Shown here: one piece after another, positions 9,453 through 18,646 of the stretch
Layout: the number at the start of each line of letters is the position of its first letter
How positions within the stretch are numbered: the first letter of the stretch is position 1
Program-made: the position numbers and the translations under genes
From: Candidatus Multivorans sp.
GTDB taxonomy: Bacteria; Acidobacteriota; Thermoanaerobaculia; Multivoradales; Multivoraceae
Length of the DNA stretch: 64,000 bases
Reading direction: 5' to 3'
Assembly (NCBI GenBank): GCA_965247095.1
Contig: OZ251997.1
Location: forward strand, 1,984,001 to 2,048,000
Notes under the pieces: model-generated
What the model was told of the DNA's origin: nothing
What the model saw: the letters and a program-made list of their open reading frames with translations, nothing else
Databases searched by the model: none

Positions 9453-10253
9453 TCAGCGATTCCGCGTCAGCGGCACAAATCGCACCGGGATCACACGCGT
9501 TCGCTCCACCGTCCCGTCGGTCTGCTTCTCCAGCACAACGAGCTCCTGCCGGCCGCCCCGCGGCCCCACCGGCAGCACCAGCCGGCCGCCGGTCGCCAAC
9601 TGCTCGATCAACGGCTGCGGCACGTGGTCCGGCGCCGCGGTGACGACGATGGCGTCGAACGGCGCCTCCTCGGGCCAACCGGCGTAGCCGTCGCCGATCC
9701 GGGTCGTCACGTTCTCGTAGCCTGCCATATCGAGCGCAGCCGCTGCCCGCAGCCCCAGCGGTTCGACGATCTCGATCGTGTAGACGTGCTCGACGATCTC
9801 GGCCAGCACGGCCGCCTGATAGCCCGAACCGGTTCCGATCTCCAGCACCTTGTGCGCCGGATCCGGCTCGGCGAGTTCCGTCATCAGCGCCACGATGTAG
9901 GGCTGCGAGATGGTCTGCTGCCAGCCAATCCCCAGCGGCGAGTCGTAGTAGGCCCAGACCCGCATCTCCTCCGGCACGAACAAGTGGCGCTCCACCTTCT
10001 CCATCGCTTCGATCACGTGAACGTCGCGCACCGGCGGCCGGCCGTCCCGGGGCTCGGCGATCGTGTCGCGCACCATGCGCCGCCGCAGCTCCGCGAAGTC
10101 GACCGGCTCCTGGGCCGAAGCCGTGCAGCCGGCGAAGCCAAGCGCGGCAGCGGCGACGGCGACGGCGCGTTGGGGAATCGGACCGCGCCGGAAACCGGCG
10201 TGTAGCCTTCGCAGGCTCTTCCCGACACTGTCTCCAACCGAGATCCGCGTCAT
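9453..10253 (-). CDS. pcm: protein-L-isoaspartate O-methyltransferase with signal/lipoprotein-like N-terminus
   Basis: Motifs RHLFVP, QTISQPYIVALM, VLEIGTGSGYQAA, GDGYAGWPEEAPFDAI and VRFVPL. Start uncertain. Confidence 0.9.
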   Translation of the reverse strand: MTRISVGDSVGKSLRRLHAGFRRGPIPQRAVAVAAAALGFAGCTASAQEPVDFAELRRRMVRDTIAEPRDGRPPVRDVHVIEAMEKVERHLFVPEEMRVWAYYDSPLGIGWQQTISQPYIVALMTELAEPDPAHKVLEIGTGSGYQAAVLAEIVEHVYTIEIVEPLGLRAAAALDMAGYENVTTRIGDGYAGWPEEAPFDAIVVTAAPDHVPQPLIEQLATGGRLVLPVGPRGGRQELVVLEKQTDGTVERTRVIPVRFVPLTRNR

Positions 10254-10311
10254 CGTCTCTCCCGCCACTCCAGCCGTCAGCCTGTGGAGCCGACCGGGCC
10301 TCCAAGCGTAC

Positions 10312-11475
10312 ATGGTGTCGCTGGCCTGCTCGAGCGCCGGCTTCGCCATGCAGCAGCTCCTGCTGGCGTGGCTGCTGATGACCGTGCTCGGCCTGCCAGC
10401 CGGCCGCGTTGGCACCCTGCAGGCGGCGGTCGGCCTTCCGGGCGTGATCATCATGCTCTGGGGCGGCGCCAGCGCGGACCGCACGGATGCGAGGACGACG
10501 CTGACCCGCGTGTTCGGCGCCGCCGCGCTCGTCCCCCTCGGTCTGGCGCTGGCGCTGGAATTCGGCGAACTCAACGTGTGGACCGTCACCGCCTGGGGTC
10601 TCGGCCTGAGCGCCGCGCTGTCGTTCTTGAGCCCGGCCCAGCAGGCCGTGCTGAACCGGATCGCCGGGCGCGACCTGCAGCGGGGCGTCACCGCAACCAC
10701 CGCAATTACCATGTTCACCTACATGGTCGGCCTGGCCGCGGCCGGCCAGCTCGACCGCATCGGCCTGCGGCAGGTGTTGCTGGCACAGTGCCTGTGCCTG
10801 GCCCTCGCCGCACTCTGGATCCGGCGGATCGGACCGCAGGCGTTGAACGACGGCGAATCCGCCGAGCCCGCCTGGCGCCAGATCCTCGAGGGCTTCCGGG
10901 CTTCCTATCGCCAGCGACCGGTCTTCGACGCGATGACGGTGAACTTCGTCTCCAGCATCTTCAACGCCGGCGCCTTCCTGACCGCGTTCCCCTTCATCGT
11001 TCGGCAGGTCTACAACGGCGACGCGGAGCTGCTGTCCTGGCTGATGATCGTCTTCTTCGCCGGCGCCGTCATCTCGAACCTGATCATGCTCCGGTTCATG
11101 CCGTTCCAGCATCCCGGCCGCTGGTTCGTCGTGCTGCAACTCTCCCGGATCGTCGTCCTGTTCCTGATCTGGATCGAGCCCGCGTGGTGGTTGGTCGTGG
11201 TCGCCTTGATTGCCTGGGGCCTGAACATGGGCGTCACGACCACCCTGGCCCGGGCGATCGTCCAGGAAGCCGCCGAACCCCAGACCCGCGGCCGCGTCAT
11301 GTCCGTCTTCGGCCTCGGCCTGCTCGGCAGCCCGCTGATCGGCGCCCTCATTCTCGGCGCGATCGTCGAGCGCTACGGCGCCCTCGCCGGCCTCGTCCCC
11401 GGCATGGTCGCGTCGGTGCTGCTGTTTGCGTACAGCATGGCGGCAACCGGGCTGTGGCGGTACCGGTCCACCTAG
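10312..11475 (+). CDS. MFS transporter
   Basis: About 12 hydrophobic helices, GGASADRTD and RGRVMS motifs. True start may lie ~20 codons upstream. Confidence 0.88.
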   Translation: MVSLACSSAGFAMQQLLLAWLLMTVLGLPAGRVGTLQAAVGLPGVIIMLWGGASADRTDARTTLTRVFGAAALVPLGLALALEFGELNVWTVTAWGLGLSAALSFLSPAQQAVLNRIAGRDLQRGVTATTAITMFTYMVGLAAAGQLDRIGLRQVLLAQCLCLALAALWIRRIGPQALNDGESAEPAWRQILEGFRASYRQRPVFDAMTVNFVSSIFNAGAFLTAFPFIVRQVYNGDAELLSWLMIVFFAGAVISNLIMLRFMPFQHPGRWFVVLQLSRIVVLFLIWIEPAWWLVVVALIAWGLNMGVTTTLARAIVQEAAEPQTRGRVMSVFGLGLLGSPLIGALILGAIVERYGALAGLVPGMVASVLLFAYSMAATGLWRYRST

Positions 11476-12317
11476 CGTCGGTCCCCGGTCAGCGGCGGGA
11501 GGTGCACCTGCAGCACGGAAGTCCGCTCGACAGAACCGTCGGCCCGCTTCTCCAGGACCTGGAGTTCCTGCATTCCATCCGGAGGCCCCACCGGCGCCAC
11601 GAGCTTCCCGCCCACTGCAAGCTGATCGATCAGCGGCTGCGGCACGCGCTCCACTGGCTCCTTGACGACGATCGAGTCAAATGGCGCATGCTCAGGCCAA
11701 CCCTTAAAGGCATCGCCGATCCGGATCGTCACGTTGCCGTAGCCGAGGTCACCGAGGGTGGTCGCCGCCTGCTCCGCTAGCGCTTCGACGGGCTCGATCG
11801 TGTAGACGTGGTCCACCATCTCGGACAGCACGGCAGCCAAGTAGCCGGAGCCGGTACCGACCTCCAGCACCTTGTGGCCGGGAACAGGCACCGTGGGTAC
11901 GGTAAACGCTGTCGCCTCTTCGCTGGCCCCGAGTTCCACCTCGTGGGTGAGGACGGGCACCGCAAGTTCGGCCATCAGCGCCACCAGAGCCGCATCAGGA
12001 ATCGTCCGCCCCCAGCCGATCGGCAGCGCAGGGCCGCGATAGGCATTCTCTCGCTGCGTCTCCGGAACGAAGAGGTGCCGCGGCACCCCTGCCATCACGT
12101 TGACTGCACGGGTCACATCGTGCTCGCGGCAACGGTCGAAGATGTACGGGATCAGCGACCACTGCCGTTCTTCCTGACCTTCGTAGCGAGTTCCCCAAGC
12201 GACGAGGGCCGCCACGAGGACCGCGAAGTTGGCCACCGCCAAGAGGGTGTAGACGCCAGCCGCCCACACCACAACTGGGCCAAAGGCAACAGGGTGAGCC
12301 GACGAGCGGTCCTCCAT
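11472..12317 (-). CDS. divergent second protein-L-isoaspartate O-methyltransferase paralogue with N-terminal TM helix
   Basis: Motifs VPRHLFVP, VLEVGTGSGY and GWPEHAPFD. Insertion before motif I; TISQP is changed to TIPDA. Confidence 0.8.
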   Translation of the reverse strand: MEDRSSAHPVAFGPVVVWAAGVYTLLAVANFAVLVAALVAWGTRYEGQEERQWSLIPYIFDRCREHDVTRAVNVMAGVPRHLFVPETQRENAYRGPALPIGWGRTIPDAALVALMAELAVPVLTHEVELGASEEATAFTVPTVPVPGHKVLEVGTGSGYLAAVLSEMVDHVYTIEPVEALAEQAATTLGDLGYGNVTIRIGDAFKGWPEHAPFDSIVVKEPVERVPQPLIDQLAVGGKLVAPVGPPDGMQELQVLEKRADGSVERTSVLQVHLPPLTGDRR

Positions 12318-12447
12318 TCGCCGCCTCAGCACCGCCGCCAGCGGACGGTCAAGCCGAACCGCCTGCAACCTGAACGGCCCATGGCCTCGACCCTCGTCGC
12401 CGACTCTCCTCCGGGACGCCAGGGGCCGCCAGATCTTCACGTCCGTC

Positions 12448-13290
12448 CTAACCGGTCCTCTGACCCGCCGTCCCGCCCCGCCGGCGCAGCCACTCCACCG
12501 TGGTGAGCGCCAGCAGCGCAAACACGATCAGGAACGTGGCGACGGCCAGCAGCGTGGGACTGATCTCCTCCCTGATGCCGGACCACATCTGGCGCGGCAG
12601 GGTGCGCTGCTCCAGGCCGCCCATGAAGAGGACGATCACGAGTTCGTCGAACGACGCGGCGAACGCGAACAGCGAGCCCGAGATGACGCCGGGCAGAATC
12701 AAGGGCAGTTGCACCCGTCGGAACGCGACCAGGGGGTTCGCTCCCAGGTTCGCGGCGGCGCGCATGACGGTCCAGTCGAAGCCGGCCAGGGTCGCACTCA
12801 CGGTGATGACCACGAAGGGCGCCCCGAACACGGCGTGCGCGAGGATGATCCCGATGTAGGTCTGCGAGAGACCGAGGCTCGAGTAGAAGAAGAACATGCC
12901 GACGCCGGCGATGATCACCGGCGTGATCATGGGCGAGATCAGAAGCGCCGAGACCATTCGGCGACCCGGCATCGCCGGATGGGCCAGGCCCAAGGCCGCT
13001 GCCGCGCCCAGCACGGTGGCGACGACGGTCGCCGAGATGCCGATGATCAGACTGTTCAGGATCGGGCGCGTCCACTCGTCGCCGTCGAAGATGCTCCGGT
13101 ACCAGCGGAGCGAGTAGGCCTCCCGGTCGAGCCGCAGCATGCCCTCGGTGAATGTGAAGTAAGGCTCGGCGTTGAAGCTGAGCGGGATGAGAACCAGGAT
13201 CGGCGCGATCAGGAAGACGAATGCCGCGACGCAGAACGCCAGGTAGCCCCACCGCGCAACGCGATACCCCGGACTCAGGGCAGCCGTCAC
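12448..13290 (-). CDS. polyamine-type ABC transporter permease (PotC-like)
   Basis: EAA-type loop AAANLGANP and FAASFDE; multiple TM helices. Confidence 0.9.
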   Translation of the reverse strand: MTAALSPGYRVARWGYLAFCVAAFVFLIAPILVLIPLSFNAEPYFTFTEGMLRLDREAYSLRWYRSIFDGDEWTRPILNSLIIGISATVVATVLGAAAALGLAHPAMPGRRMVSALLISPMITPVIIAGVGMFFFYSSLGLSQTYIGIILAHAVFGAPFVVITVSATLAGFDWTVMRAAANLGANPLVAFRRVQLPLILPGVISGSLFAFAASFDELVIVLFMGGLEQRTLPRQMWSGIREEISPTLLAVATFLIVFALLALTTVEWLRRRGGTAGQRTG

Positions 13291-14549
13291 GACCCGAGTC
13301 CGATCCGGTCGATGCCGACCAGCCGGTCGTAGACAACGTACAGAGTAGTAACACCGGCCAACAGCAGCGCCGCCAACGCCGCCGCCAGACCCCAGTTCAG
13401 GGAGGTCTGTACGTGGTAAGCGATCATGTTCGAGATCAACTGCCCGCTCTGACCGCCGACCAGGGCCGGGGTGATGTAGTAGCCGATCGCCAGGATGAAG
13501 GTCAGCAGGCAGCCGGCGCCGACTCCGGGCAGCGTCTGCGGCCAGTAGACCCGCCGCAGCGCCTGAATCGGATTCGCGCCCAAGGACGCCGCCGCGTTCA
13601 TGTAGGCGGGCGGGATGGACCGCATCACCGAGTAGAGCGGCAGCACAAGGAAGGGCAACAGCACGTGCGTCATCGCGATGAACGTGCCGGTCATGTTGTA
13701 GATCATCGCGATCCGGCCGTCGTCACCGACCAGACCGACGGCAACCAGCAGATCGTTGACCACTCCCTGGGTCTGGAGCAGAACGATCCACGATGTCGTG
13801 CGTACGAGCAGCGACGTCCAGAATGGCAGGAGGACCAGCACGAGCAGAACGTTCCCGCGGCGCGGCGGCGAGTTGGCGATCAGGTGCGCGACGGGATAGC
13901 CGATCACCAGGCACAGCAGCGTGACGCCGAGACTCACCTTCAGGGTGCGCCAGAACAGGGGCACGTAGATCCGCCACTCCTCGGCCTGACGGACGTAGCC
14001 CCCGTCGGGACTCCGCTCGAAGTCGAGCGCCTTCATGTAGTGACGTGCCGTCAGGCGCTGGCCGGCGTCCCGAAGCGCGCGCCACGGCTCGGGGCCACCC
14101 CAACGCGGGTCGATGCCGATCATCGTTTCGCGCCAGAAAGAACCGTCCGTCACGACGCCGGCAGCCTCCGCTGCGGCGGCCGCCTCAACCATCTCCCCGG
14201 AGGTGCCCATGATCGTGCTTCGCATTCCGCTGAAGACGCGATTCACCCGGTGCGCCGTACGGCCAAGGGTGCGCTCGGCTCGCGCCACGACGAACTCGCG
14301 GCCGGCGGCCGCAAACGTCTCGTCGGATGGCGCGCCCTCGCCGTCCCACTGCCGCAAGGCGGCGATTGTCTCCGGCAGGGCGTCGGCGACATCGGGGTCG
14401 TAGAAGCTCTTGGTCAGCAAGCTGACCATGGGACCGATGAAGGTGACGGTCACGAACGCGATGAGGGGCAGGGCCAGACCGGCGGCACGCAACCGCGGCA
14501 CCAGAGCCCGCCGCCACAGTGGCGGGTTCGTTGGTCCCTGCAATGTCAC
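13287..14549 (-). CDS. polyamine-type ABC transporter permease (PotB-like)
   Basis: Motifs LLPFWTSLLVRT, AAASLGANP and GYYITPALVGG. Confidence 0.9.
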   Translation of the reverse strand: MTLQGPTNPPLWRRALVPRLRAAGLALPLIAFVTVTFIGPMVSLLTKSFYDPDVADALPETIAALRQWDGEGAPSDETFAAAGREFVVARAERTLGRTAHRVNRVFSGMRSTIMGTSGEMVEAAAAAEAAGVVTDGSFWRETMIGIDPRWGGPEPWRALRDAGQRLTARHYMKALDFERSPDGGYVRQAEEWRIYVPLFWRTLKVSLGVTLLCLVIGYPVAHLIANSPPRRGNVLLVLVLLPFWTSLLVRTTSWIVLLQTQGVVNDLLVAVGLVGDDGRIAMIYNMTGTFIAMTHVLLPFLVLPLYSVMRSIPPAYMNAAASLGANPIQALRRVYWPQTLPGVGAGCLLTFILAIGYYITPALVGGQSGQLISNMIAYHVQTSLNWGLAAALAALLLAGVTTLYVVYDRLVGIDRIGLGS

Positions 14550-14565
14550 CGCTCCGCCTCGCCGC

Positions 14566-15717
14566 TCATCGCGCCAGCCAGGCGGCAAAGCGCTCCTGCA
14601 TCTCGTCGCTGTGGTCCGCCCACCACTCCCAGTCGGCCATCAGGAAGTTCTTCATGTTCTCGGGGTTGGTCGGCATGTGCGGCCACATTTCCGTACCGGT
14701 CTCGGCGTGCCGATCGATCAGTGCCTGCCCCGAGCGGCGCGCCGGGCTGTAGGCGATATAGCGGCCCACGCCCGCCATCGCCTCGGCCCGGGCGGCATAG
14801 CTGATGAAGCGCAGCGAATCCTCCAGCCGCCGCGTACCGGCCACGACAGCGAGCTGACCCCGGTCCATGACCTGGCCGTCCCAGACGATCACGAAGGGCT
14901 GGTCCTCCAGGATCTGGGCGTTGAAGATGCGCCCGTTGTAGGCCGTGCTCATCACCACCTCGCCGTCGGCGAGAAGCTGCGGCGGCTGCGCGCCGGTTTC
15001 CCACCAAACGACCTGGTCCTTGATCGTGTCCAGCTTGCGGAACGCCCGGTCCAGGCCCTCCGGGGTGGACAGCACTTCGTAGACCCGCTCATTCGGCACC
15101 CCGTCGGCCAACAGCGCGAACTCCAGGTTTGCGGAGGGCACCCGCCTCATGCCCCGCCGACCCGGAAACCGCTCGAGGTCGAAGAAGTCCGCGATCGTCG
15201 TCGGCGCAGGACCGCGCAGGCTCTCCAGGTTGTAAGCGTAGATCGTCGAGTAGAGCAGGGTGCCGACGCCGCAGTCGGTGTTCGCCTCGGGCAGGAAATC
15301 CTCTGCGGCGGCCTCTCCGTTCGGACCCGGCGGCAGGATCGCGGGATCGATCAGCTCCAGGATGCCCTCGTCACACCCGGTCACGGAGTCGGCGACATCC
15401 AGATCGACGACGTCCCAATGGACGGAGCCGGCCTCGACCTGGGCCCGGATCTGAGCGAGGCCGCCGTTGTAGTCCTCCATGTTCACCTCGAGGCCGGTCT
15501 CGGCGGTGAAGGACTCGTGGTAGCCCTTGACGCAGGCGCGGGCATAGGAGCCACCCCACGAAACGACGGTGATCGACCCGGAGCCGGAAGTCCGGCCATC
15601 GGTAGCGGACTGAGCGCTCCCATCCGTGGCCGGCGGTGCGCAGCCGGCCAGCAGGACGATGTACGCGGCGCAGATTACGACAGGTAGAGAACGGCCCAAC
15701 GCCGACTTTCTCACCAC
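14566..15717 (-). CDS. polyamine-type ABC transporter substrate-binding lipoprotein (PotD/PotF-like)
   Basis: Lipobox LAGC, VVSWGGSY, WDVVD, PGRRGMR and AYNGRI. Confidence 0.9.
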   Translation of the reverse strand: MVRKSALGRSLPVVICAAYIVLLAGCAPPATDGSAQSATDGRTSGSGSITVVSWGGSYARACVKGYHESFTAETGLEVNMEDYNGGLAQIRAQVEAGSVHWDVVDLDVADSVTGCDEGILELIDPAILPPGPNGEAAAEDFLPEANTDCGVGTLLYSTIYAYNLESLRGPAPTTIADFFDLERFPGRRGMRRVPSANLEFALLADGVPNERVYEVLSTPEGLDRAFRKLDTIKDQVVWWETGAQPPQLLADGEVVMSTAYNGRIFNAQILEDQPFVIVWDGQVMDRGQLAVVAGTRRLEDSLRFISYAARAEAMAGVGRYIAYSPARRSGQALIDRHAETGTEMWPHMPTNPENMKNFLMADWEWWADHSDEMQERFAAWLAR

Positions 15718-16853
15718 TCCTCCTCGCCCTCGGCGAGCTCCTCCGGCACCAGCGCCCGGCAGTCGAGCGCCGCCCAGCCGATCGTCACCGTATCCCCCGG
15801 CAGCACCGCCCCGTGACCGACGATGTTCGGGATCTTCGCAATGAAGTCCGTGCAGCCACTCACATCCATGCGCACGCGCAGGTGGTCGCCGAGGAAGATC
15901 ATGTCGTCGATGCGGGTCTCGACCTCGTTCCGGTAGCGGCCGGGCCGCGGCGAGACCGCCACCCGCTCGGGGCGGACGACGACCGTCGCGGGCGCACCCG
16001 GAGGACACAGGCCGAGACTCATCGCCCTGATCTTCAGACCTCCGACATCGACGTCGCAGACGCCGTCGCCCTCGCTCACAACGACTCCGTTCAGGCGGTT
16101 GTTCTCGCCGATGAACCGGGCGACGAAGGCCCGCTCGGGTTCCTCGTAGAGGACCTCCGGCGGCGCCGCCTGCTCGATCATTCCGTTGTGGAACACTGCC
16201 ACCCGGTCGGACAGCGTCATCGCCTCCTGCTGGTCGTGGGTGACGTAGACGACGGTCACCCCCAGGGCCGAGTGAATGCGCCGGATCTCGTACTGCATCT
16301 CCTCGCGCAACCGCCGGTCCAACGCTCCCAGAGGTTCGTCCATCAGCACCAACTCCGGTTCGAAGACGAGCGCCCGGGCGATCGCCACGCGCTGCTGCTG
16401 GCCGCCCGAGAGTTGCGCGGGTCTCCTATCCTCCAGGCCCTCGAGTTGCACCAGGCTGAGCGCCCGCTCGACGCGCTCCCGGCGCAGCGCCGGCTCGACG
16501 CCCCGAACCTCGAGCGGAAAGGCGAGGTTGCCGCCCACCGTCATATGAGGGAACAGCGCGTAGTTCTGGAACACCATCCCGATCCCGCGCTTGTGCGGTG
16601 GCTGATCCTGAATCGGCCGGCCGGCAATGAGGATCGTGCCCGCGGTCGTCGCTTCGAATCCCGCGAGCATCATCAGGCAGGTCGTCTTGCCCGAGCCGGA
16701 CGGCCCGAGCAGGGTCAGGAACTCGCCCCTCTCGACCGCAAGCTCCAAGCCCCGCACGACCAGGTTGCGGCCGTCGTAGCTCTTGTCTACGCCAACGAAC
16801 TCAACGTGGGGTACGGCGTTCTCGCCGCGCTCGTCAGGGTCCGGGACGTCCAC
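15711..16853 (-). CDS. polyamine-type ABC transporter ATP-binding protein (PotA-like)
   Basis: GPSGSGKT, LSGGQQQR, LMDEP and a TOBE-like C-terminus. Start is GTG 16853 or ATG 16883. Confidence 0.92.
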   Translation of the reverse strand: MDVPDPDERGENAVPHVEFVGVDKSYDGRNLVVRGLELAVERGEFLTLLGPSGSGKTTCLMMLAGFEATTAGTILIAGRPIQDQPPHKRGIGMVFQNYALFPHMTVGGNLAFPLEVRGVEPALRRERVERALSLVQLEGLEDRRPAQLSGGQQQRVAIARALVFEPELVLMDEPLGALDRRLREEMQYEIRRIHSALGVTVVYVTHDQQEAMTLSDRVAVFHNGMIEQAAPPEVLYEEPERAFVARFIGENNRLNGVVVSEGDGVCDVDVGGLKIRAMSLGLCPPGAPATVVVRPERVAVSPRPGRYRNEVETRIDDMIFLGDHLRVRMDVSGCTDFIAKIPNIVGHGAVLPGDTVTIGWAALDCRALVPEELAEGEEEW

Positions 16854-16904
16854 GGGGTCGTCACTATACTTGCCGCATGCCATTCCAGTCCGTCACATGA
16901 GCAG

Positions 16905-18608
16905 ATGACCACGCAGGCCACCGCGGGCGAGCCCTCCGGAACCGAGAAACCCACGGACGAGGCCATCGACTTCCGCACGGCGCCGGCGCGGTACCGGCAC
17001 TGGCGACTCGAGATCGCACCGCCGCTCGCCTTCCTGACGCTCGAAGTGGACGAGCAGGCAGGGCTCCGGCCCGGGTACCAGCTCAAGCAGAACTCCTACG
17101 ACCTCGGCGTCGACTTCGAGCTCTACGACGCGACCCAGCGGCTGCGTTTCGAGCATCCCGAGGTCCACGCCGTGGTGCTGCGGTCCGGCAGGGACCGGAT
17201 CTTCTGCGCCGGCGCGAACATCGGCATGCTCGGCGGCTCCTCCCACCAGTTGAAGGTCAACTTCTGCAAGTTCACGAACGAGACCCGCCTGGGGATCGAG
17301 GACGCAAGCCGGCACTCGGGCCAGCGCTACCTGTGCGCAGTCAAAGGCACGGCGGCCGGCGGCGGCTACGAGTTGGCGCTCGCCTGCGACCGCATCCTGC
17401 TCGCCGACGACGGCAGCTCCGCGGTCTCGCTGCCCGAGGTGCCGCTGCTCGGCGTCCTGCCCGGCACCGGCGGACTGACTCGTCTGCTCGACAAACGCCG
17501 TGTCCGACGCGACCTGGCCGACCTCTTCTGCACGCTCGAAGAGGGCGTGAAGGGCCGGCGCGCGGTGGACTGGAACCTGGTCGACGAGCTGCTTCCGCGG
17601 TCCTCCTTCGACGACGACGCTGCGGCACGCGCGCAGGATATGGCCGCAGAGAGCGACCGCCCCACAGAGGCCGGCGGGGCGGCTTGGCCCGCGATCGAAC
17701 CGGCGTTGGGAACCGACACGCTCACCTACTCCACACTGAGAGTCGAGTTCGACCGCGCGCTCGGCGTGGCCCACCTGACCGTCCTCGGGCCGACCGCGCC
17801 GCCGCCCGCGGGCGGCTCCGCCGCACTCGCCGAGGGCGCCGTCTTCTGGCCCCTCACCCTGGCCCGCGAACTCGACGACGCCCTGCTCCACCTGCGGCTG
17901 AACGAGACCCGGATCGGGCAGGTCGTGATCCGCTCCCAGGGCAAGCTGGCCGCGGTCGCCGCTTTCGACACGCTCCTACAGCTCGACCGCGAGCACTGGT
18001 TCCTGCGCGAAGTCCTGCTGTACTGGAAGCGGGTCCTCAAGCGGCTCGATCTCACTGCGCGCAGCGTCTTCACGCTGATTGAGCCCGGAAGCTGCTTCGC
18101 AGGCTTCCTGCTGGAACTGGCGCTGGCCGCGGACCGCTCCTACATGTTCGAAGACGAGGCCGAGGACGCCACACCGGCGCCGTGCATCCAGCTCGGCGAG
18201 TTGAGCTTCGACGCGCTCCCGATGCCGAACGGCCTGAGCCGGCTCGAGACCCGCTTCCTTGGCCGACCGGACGCCGTAGATCACCTTCGCGAGCTGGTCG
18301 GCAAGCCGCTGGACGCCGAGGCCGCCGAACGCGCCGGCCTGGTCACCGAGGTGCTCGACGACCTGGACTGGGACGACGAGGTCCGCATCGCGCTCGAGGA
18401 GCGGGCCAGCTTCTCTCCCGACGCGCTGACCGCGATGGAAGCCAACCTCCGATTCCCTGGTCCCGAGACCATGGAGAGCAAGATCTTCGGCCGCCTGAGC
18501 GCGTGGCAGAACTGGATCTTCCAGCGTCCGAACGCGGTCGGCGAGGAGGGAGCGCTCCGCCTCTACGGCACCGGCCGCCGGCCCCGCTTCGACCGCGAGC
18601 GCGTCTGA
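16905..18608 (+). CDS. boxC: 2,3-epoxybenzoyl-CoA dihydrolase BoxC
   Basis: NSYDLGVDFELYDATQRLRFEHPEV, KVNFCKFTNETR and GRLSAWQNWIFQRPNAVGE; double crotonase fold. Confidence 0.93.
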   Translation: MTTQATAGEPSGTEKPTDEAIDFRTAPARYRHWRLEIAPPLAFLTLEVDEQAGLRPGYQLKQNSYDLGVDFELYDATQRLRFEHPEVHAVVLRSGRDRIFCAGANIGMLGGSSHQLKVNFCKFTNETRLGIEDASRHSGQRYLCAVKGTAAGGGYELALACDRILLADDGSSAVSLPEVPLLGVLPGTGGLTRLLDKRRVRRDLADLFCTLEEGVKGRRAVDWNLVDELLPRSSFDDDAAARAQDMAAESDRPTEAGGAAWPAIEPALGTDTLTYSTLRVEFDRALGVAHLTVLGPTAPPPAGGSAALAEGAVFWPLTLARELDDALLHLRLNETRIGQVVIRSQGKLAAVAAFDTLLQLDREHWFLREVLLYWKRVLKRLDLTARSVFTLIEPGSCFAGFLLELALAADRSYMFEDEAEDATPAPCIQLGELSFDALPMPNGLSRLETRFLGRPDAVDHLRELVGKPLDAEAAERAGLVTEVLDDLDWDDEVRIALEERASFSPDALTAMEANLRFPGPETMESKIFGRLSAWQNWIFQRPNAVGEEGALRLYGTGRRPRFDRERV

Positions 18609-18646
18609 TTCGACCGCCGACCCTCACGAACGGAGTACCCAAACCG

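Noticed and set aside
15636-18608. 990-aa ORF as an extended BoxC, and similar long N-extensions on BoxB, PheT, MurA and AroC ORFs
   Set aside because: The extensions overlap real genes in other frames or strands. They are high-GC open-frame artefacts; true starts are downstream.
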